Shown one piece after another: positions 59,433-64,000 of a DNA stretch of 64,000 nt. A program made the position numbers and the translations under genes. The stretch comes from an uncultured Acidobacteriota bacterium (GTDB taxonomy: Bacteria > Acidobacteriota > Thermoanaerobaculia > Gp7-AA8). The stretch's first letter is position 1, and each line of letters starts with the position of its first letter. Below the pieces are notes generated by a model. The model was not told where the DNA came from. It did no database searches and worked only from the letters and a program-made list of their open reading frames with translations. The stretch is taken from assembly GCA_963822445.1 (NCBI GenBank), contig CAWGHO010000002.1, positions 1,632,001 through 1,696,000 of the forward strand, written 5' to 3'.

Positions 59433-60875
59433 ATGCCTCACGTCAAAGAACTTACCGAAGTCAAGCGTGTCTACCTGATCGGGATTTGCGGCACCGCCAT
59501 GGCCTCACTGGCCGGCATGCTCCAGCAGCGCGGGTACGAGGTCGGCGGGTCGGACGAGCACGTCTATCCCCCCATGTCCACATACCTGGAGCGTCTGGGC
59601 ATCCCGGTGCTCGAGGGGTATACGAAAGACCACCTCGAAACGTTCCGCCCCGACCTGGTGGTGATCGGCAATGTTGCGGCTGTAACAAATGCCGAGGCGG
59701 CCGCGACCGTGGAGCTCGACCTGCCCTACACCTCGATGCCCGAGGCGATCTACCACCTGTTCATCAAGGGAAAGCACTCCATCGTCGTGTCCGGGACTCA
59801 CGGGAAGACCACCACCACCTCTCTCATGGCCTGGCTCCTCGAAGCGGCGGGCCGCGATCCGTCGATGGTCGTCGGCGGGATCCCGGTGAATTTCAATCAG
59901 AACTTCAAGCTCGGCGCCGGCCCGGACTTCGTGATCGAAGGCGACGAGTACAACACCGCCTTCTTCGACAAAGGTCCGAAGTTCCTGCACTACCACGCCA
60001 ACACGCTCCTCCTGAACAACATCGAGTTCGACCACGCCGACATCTACGCGGACCTCGAAGCGATCCTGGAAGCCTTCCGCAAAGCGGTCCGCCAGGTCGA
60101 TCCCAACGACGTGATCGTCGCCAATGGCGATGACAAGAACGTGATGTCGCTGCGCGGCGAAGCAAAAGCGCGCTGGGTGACGTTCGGCTGGGACCGCGGC
60201 TGCGATGCCTTCGCCACCGATGCCGAGGAGCATGCCGAGGGGACTGATTTCACGGCGTGGTGGGAGGGGAAGGAGTGGTTTCGCTTTCGGACCACCCTCT
60301 CCGGCCGCCACAACGTGCTCAACGCCCTGGCTGACGCCGTGATCGCCAGGCAGCGCGGCCTTTCCGCGGAAGAGATCCAGAAAGGTCTGGGCAGCTTCCA
60401 GGGCATCAAGAGAAGGATGGAAGTGCGCGGCGTGGAGCGCGGCGTGACCGTGATCGACGACTTCGCGCATCACCCGACGGCAATCGACACGACCCTCGCC
60501 GGCGCGCGCAAGCGTTACGCGGGGCAGCGCATCTGGGCCCTGTTCGAGCCGCGGTCGATCTCGTCGTCGCGCAAGGAGTTCGAGGCCGGCTACGTCGACG
60601 CGTTTCATCAGGCCGACCGGGTCATCATCGGCCCGATCTTTCACCAGGAGCGCTACGAGACCCGGTATGGCCTCGACAAGATGATGTCCGTGGCCGACAT
60701 CGCCAAACGGCTCGACAAGGACGGCGTGCCGGTCGAGCACATCCCGGACTTCGATGACATCGCCAAACGCGTCGCCGCCGAAGCAAAGGATGGCGACGTC
60801 GTCGTGGTCATGTCCTCGGGCGCATTCGGCGGAGTCCACGAGAAGATCCTGGAACGTCTGCGCACGACCGCCTGA
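59433..60875 (+). CDS. mpl: Mur ligase, Mpl/MurC family
   Basis: IGICGTAMASLA, GTHGKTTT, EGDEY..AFFDK..KF, IEFDHADIY, DDFAHHPTA, FEPRS. Confidence 0.85.
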   Translation: MPHVKELTEVKRVYLIGICGTAMASLAGMLQQRGYEVGGSDEHVYPPMSTYLERLGIPVLEGYTKDHLETFRPDLVVIGNVAAVTNAEAAATVELDLPYTSMPEAIYHLFIKGKHSIVVSGTHGKTTTTSLMAWLLEAAGRDPSMVVGGIPVNFNQNFKLGAGPDFVIEGDEYNTAFFDKGPKFLHYHANTLLLNNIEFDHADIYADLEAILEAFRKAVRQVDPNDVIVANGDDKNVMSLRGEAKARWVTFGWDRGCDAFATDAEEHAEGTDFTAWWEGKEWFRFRTTLSGRHNVLNALADAVIARQRGLSAEEIQKGLGSFQGIKRRMEVRGVERGVTVIDDFAHHPTAIDTTLAGARKRYAGQRIWALFEPRSISSSRKEFEAGYVDAFHQADRVIIGPIFHQERYETRYGLDKMMSVADIAKRLDKDGVPVEHIPDFDDIAKRVAAEAKDGDVVVVMSSGAFGGVHEKILERLRTTA

Positions 60876-60891
60876 GCGGTACCATTCGCCG

Positions 60892-62943
60892 GTGCGCCTG
60901 GCGGCCCTGCTCTTCGCGTTTCTGACCCTTTCCGCGTCGGCCGATTTCTTCATCGGCGACACAGACGTCGTGCCGGAGCGTGCCGGTATTCCACCGCGGC
61001 GCATCCTCGTCGCCAGCGACGGCGAGATCTTCTACGTCATCGGCAGGAGCGGCATGAACCGCGTCGACAGCAACGGCCTGATCATCGATCGCGAGCCGTT
61101 CGGCGTTCACGACATGCTCGATCCGGTCTCCGTTGCGTACGGGGACGGGCTGCTGATGATCCTGCACCGGCGGAGCGGGTCGCTGAGCGCGAGCTCGACC
61201 TGGGCGACGGCGATGACCACGACCGGCGATGTGCTGTGGACGAAGTTCGTCGCCAACAGAGGGGCCTCGGTCGTTTACGACGGACGCGATTTCGTCGTGG
61301 TCTACAGCCAGGAACCGGACATCATGGCCGCGACCTTCGATGAGACCGGATCCGTCGCCGGCCCCGTGAGCATCGCCACCTATTCCGAAAGCGGCCGGCC
61401 CGGCACCCCACGGGCCGTGTCGACCGCGGGTGGATTGATCGCGGTATGGCGGGAAACGGGAACCATGCGCGCGGCGCCGTTCGACGCGAACGGACCGCGA
61501 GGAGGGGTGGTCACGGTCGGAACCGCATCGCTGTACGGATTCGGCAGTGAATGGGACGACAGCTTCGCCGTCGCCTCGAGTGGTGCCGACGCCCTCGTGA
61601 CCTGGATCAATCGCTACGATCCGCCGCAGCGTTCGGGGCTTTCAGCACAGCGAATCAGCGCGACGGGGACGCCACTGGGCGACCTGATCGAAGTCCCCGC
61701 TTCGGAGCGCTCGTACGATCCTGACGCGGTCTGGGATGGCGCGAACTATCACGTCGCCTGGATCACGGCGTCGCCGGATTTCCAGGAAACGCATCTCGCT
61801 GTAACGAAACTTGGCGAGAGCGAAGGGGCCACTTCCACTGCAGTGCTGCCGGGCAGCGGCGCGAACACTCCGGCGGTGGCTGTCACCTCGGACGACGTTC
61901 TCCTCGTCGCGTGGACCGACTTCTGGCGCGGCGGCGTTCGCGGACGAATGCTGTCACCGGATCTGACGTGGGAGATGACTGCGGAGCGGCTCCTTCGCAC
62001 TGTGCCGTTCCACGCCACCGCGCCGGCCGTCGTCTGGACCGGCCAGCAGTACGTCACGGCCTGGTTGCGGTCCGGCGCGATCGCGTTCCGCCGTTTCACG
62101 CGCGACGGCGTTGCGCTCGATGCCGAAGCGCGGGTGCTCGTCCCATTCGTCAGCCAGCCGAATCTCGTTCGCATCGCGACGACCGGTTCGGAAACGGCCA
62201 TCGTCTGGACGGACCAGGAGCAGGTTTTCGTGACCCGCATCGACGCGGATGGCGCTTTGGTCGATCCGGAGCCGATCCTCGTCGGGACCGGCGCGAATCC
62301 CGACAGCGCCGACGTCGCGTCGGATGGCCGCCGTTTCATGATCGTCTGGGCCGGCGAAGAGACGGTGCATGCGCGGCGTCTCTCGTCCGGCGGCGGATTC
62401 GTCGATGGCGCGCCGATCCTCGTGGCTGTGGCGGATGCGTCGACGACGCGGATCGCGTTCGACGGCTCGAGGTTCATCGTCGGCTTCCTGGCCGACGGCA
62501 GTCTCCTGGCAACCTCGCTCTCTCCTTTCGGTGCCGTGGAAGACTCGGTCTTCCTCGCGGAAAACGTGGGCGCCGAGCTCGCGGTTGCGTCGAACGGGTC
62601 GAGCCATCTCTTCACCAGCGGCAGCATCTTCGTACTTACCGGCGCTGGCCTGACGAACGCACGGGTCATCGAAGGGCCGTCCTGGGTGAGTCATCCGGAC
62701 GCCATCTGGACAGGAAGCCGCTTTCTCCTCGCCGGAAACGGAGTCCTGGTCTGGGTCTCGCCGGACGGCGAGCTTGCTCCGTCGACGACTCCGTTCGTGC
62801 ACAACGATCGCGCGAACGCTCTGGCCACCGCAGGCGACGGGACTGCGCTGCACGTCTACAGTCAGCTGACGCGTTCGTTCCGGGCCGGGTTGTACGGCCG
62901 GATGCTCGCTCCGCGGCGCCGGGCGGCGGCGCACCCGGAATAG
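60892..62943 (+). CDS. Exported repeat protein (probable beta-propellers) ending in RRRAA.H
   Basis: Signal peptide from GTG; about 10 repeats of P/A-x-V-x-W/S-D/T-G-x-x-F/Y-x-V-x-W. Confidence 0.75.
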   Translation: MRLAALLFAFLTLSASADFFIGDTDVVPERAGIPPRRILVASDGEIFYVIGRSGMNRVDSNGLIIDREPFGVHDMLDPVSVAYGDGLLMILHRRSGSLSASSTWATAMTTTGDVLWTKFVANRGASVVYDGRDFVVVYSQEPDIMAATFDETGSVAGPVSIATYSESGRPGTPRAVSTAGGLIAVWRETGTMRAAPFDANGPRGGVVTVGTASLYGFGSEWDDSFAVASSGADALVTWINRYDPPQRSGLSAQRISATGTPLGDLIEVPASERSYDPDAVWDGANYHVAWITASPDFQETHLAVTKLGESEGATSTAVLPGSGANTPAVAVTSDDVLLVAWTDFWRGGVRGRMLSPDLTWEMTAERLLRTVPFHATAPAVVWTGQQYVTAWLRSGAIAFRRFTRDGVALDAEARVLVPFVSQPNLVRIATTGSETAIVWTDQEQVFVTRIDADGALVDPEPILVGTGANPDSADVASDGRRFMIVWAGEETVHARRLSSGGGFVDGAPILVAVADASTTRIAFDGSRFIVGFLADGSLLATSLSPFGAVEDSVFLAENVGAELAVASNGSSHLFTSGSIFVLTGAGLTNARVIEGPSWVSHPDAIWTGSRFLLAGNGVLVWVSPDGELAPSTTPFVHNDRANALATAGDGTALHVYSQLTRSFRAGLYGRMLAPRRRAAAHPE

Positions 62944-63005
62944 CACCCGGGTCAGGGGCGTTGGTGGCGACTCAACCGCAGTATTTGCCAGGGGAGAAGA
63001 CTCTG

Positions 63006-63164
63006 ATGCCCGAGAAGAAAGCCCACGAGTTGCTGCGCAAGCACAACATCAACCTCGACGACGTGAAGGAGCGCCGCACGTCGCTGCACCACCTCCGCCA
63101 CATCGTCCACTCCGAGCAGCTTCCGTTCGACGTCTTCAAGGCGCTCGTCAAACTGCGCCACTAG
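63006..63164 (+). CDS. 52-aa basic, His-rich hypothetical protein
   Basis: SD GGGGAG; GC3-rich codons; followed by a terminator. Confidence 0.6.
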   Translation: MPEKKAHELLRKHNINLDDVKERRTSLHHLRHIVHSEQLPFDVFKALVKLRH

Positions 63165-63188
63165 TCGCCGGAAAATCGCTGTCGAAAC

Positions 63189-63217
63189 AAGGCCGGGGCA
63201 ACCCGGCCTTTCGTTTT
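63189..63217 (+). terminator. Intrinsic terminator
   Basis: AAGGCCGGG-GCAA-CCCGGCCTT followed by TCGTTTT. Confidence 0.75.
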
Positions 63218-63233
63218 GTACAATGCCGCCCCC

Positions 63234-64000
63234 ATGCCGTTTCGCGATGACGCCGCTACCCTGATCCAGCAAAAAAAATTCGAAGATCTCGAGTCGCTCT
63301 GGATGACCCAGATCGACACCGACCCGAGCGACGTCGACTCCTTCCTCCACATCGCCAAATCGCTTCGCAAAGCGGAACAGCGCACGCAGTCGGATACGCT
63401 GGTAGGCCTCCTCGCCGACGCGCTCAAGGAACGGCAGCTCTGGCATCAGCGGCTGCAGGTCCTCAAAGAGATCGGCCGCCTCTCCAAGCATCCCGCGACA
63501 CTCCGTCCGTCGATCGAAGAAGCGCTGCGCAAGAGCGTCGGCACGCACAAGAGCTTCGCCCGCGCGTTCCAGTTCGCGAATTTCTCCGATCCGCAGAGCA
63601 ACCCCGTCGAGCGCGCCGAGAAGATCGAGACCTGGCTGAACTACGACGAAGGGGAATGCTTCTTCATGACCGGCCGCGGCGCCGGGTGCGTGATCGAGCT
63701 GAATCCGGAGCTCGGCATCTGCCGCCTCGATTTCGAGAAAGACAAGCGCGTCGCCGTTCCGCTGGGCGCCGCGGCGAAGTTCCTCGTCAAACTTCCCGAA
63801 GGCCACATTCTTCTCGACAAGTTCAGTGATGCCGAGGGGCTGAAGGCGCTGGCGAAGAAATCGCCTTCGGAGTTCCTCGCCAAGCTGCTGCAGAGCTTCG
63901 GCCGCCCGATGGTGATGGCCGAAGTGCGCGACGCGGTGATCGGGATCGTCGACGAGGCCAAGTGGAACTCGTGGTGGACGGCCGCGCGGAAGAACCCGCA
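63234..64000 (+). CDS. N-terminal part of long-form GreA/GreB-family elongation factor (runs off the window)
   Basis: Open frame from MPFRDDAA; FEDLESLWM, G.G.V.E......RLDF, LVKLPEGHIL, KWNSWWTAARK resemble the N-extension of long GreA; the Gre domain itself is not visible. Confidence 0.6.
   Translation, partial: MPFRDDAATLIQQKKFEDLESLWMTQIDTDPSDVDSFLHIAKSLRKAEQRTQSDTLVGLLADALKERQLWHQRLQVLKEIGRLSKHPATLRPSIEEALRKSVGTHKSFARAFQFANFSDPQSNPVERAEKIETWLNYDEGECFFMTGRGAGCVIELNPELGICRLDFEKDKRVAVPLGAAAKFLVKLPEGHILLDKFSDAEGLKALAKKSPSEFLAKLLQSFGRPMVMAEVRDAVIGIVDEAKWNSWWTAARKNP

Overview
A high-GC bacterial chromosome segment; gene content and protein style suggest Acidobacteriota, possibly class Thermoanaerobaculia (inference only). 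From left to right: (1) 1-12.3 kb holds a parvulin PPIase end, a Ser/Thr kinase-TPR with a small coupled partner, a fatty-acid desaturase, hutU, nth, yidD, mazG and a GAF/PAS histidine kinase. (2) 12.3-26.3 kb is a phosphate supercluster (porin, two pstS, pstCAB, phoU, phoBR, DUF47, PiT) with repeated 11-bp-periodic YTTYAC Pho-box-like sites. (3) rpmE-DUF1385-prfA is followed not by prmC but by a GH1 / PHP / GT21 (ceramide-glucosyltransferase-like) operon that also has a degenerate Pho-box-like promoter. (4) A ~23.5 kb surface/signalling block sits between an arsenite-type aquaporin and arsM. It carries an atypical chaperone-usher-like pilus operon whose outer-membrane protein ends in a SPOR domain, a receiver-ECF sigma fusion, an ACF/Wsp-like chemosensory operon, a REC-EAL protein and several PAS kinases. 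(5) The right end has arsM, an O-methyltransferase, a DUF1573 protein, Mpl/MurC, a beta-propeller secreted protein and the start of a long-form GreA. Many genes look leaderless. No rRNA, tRNA, CRISPR array, integrase or transposase was seen. The best novelty candidates are the pilus + REC-sigma + chemosensory module and the putative Pho-regulated glycolipid-remodelling operon. All family assignments are from motif reading, not database searches.
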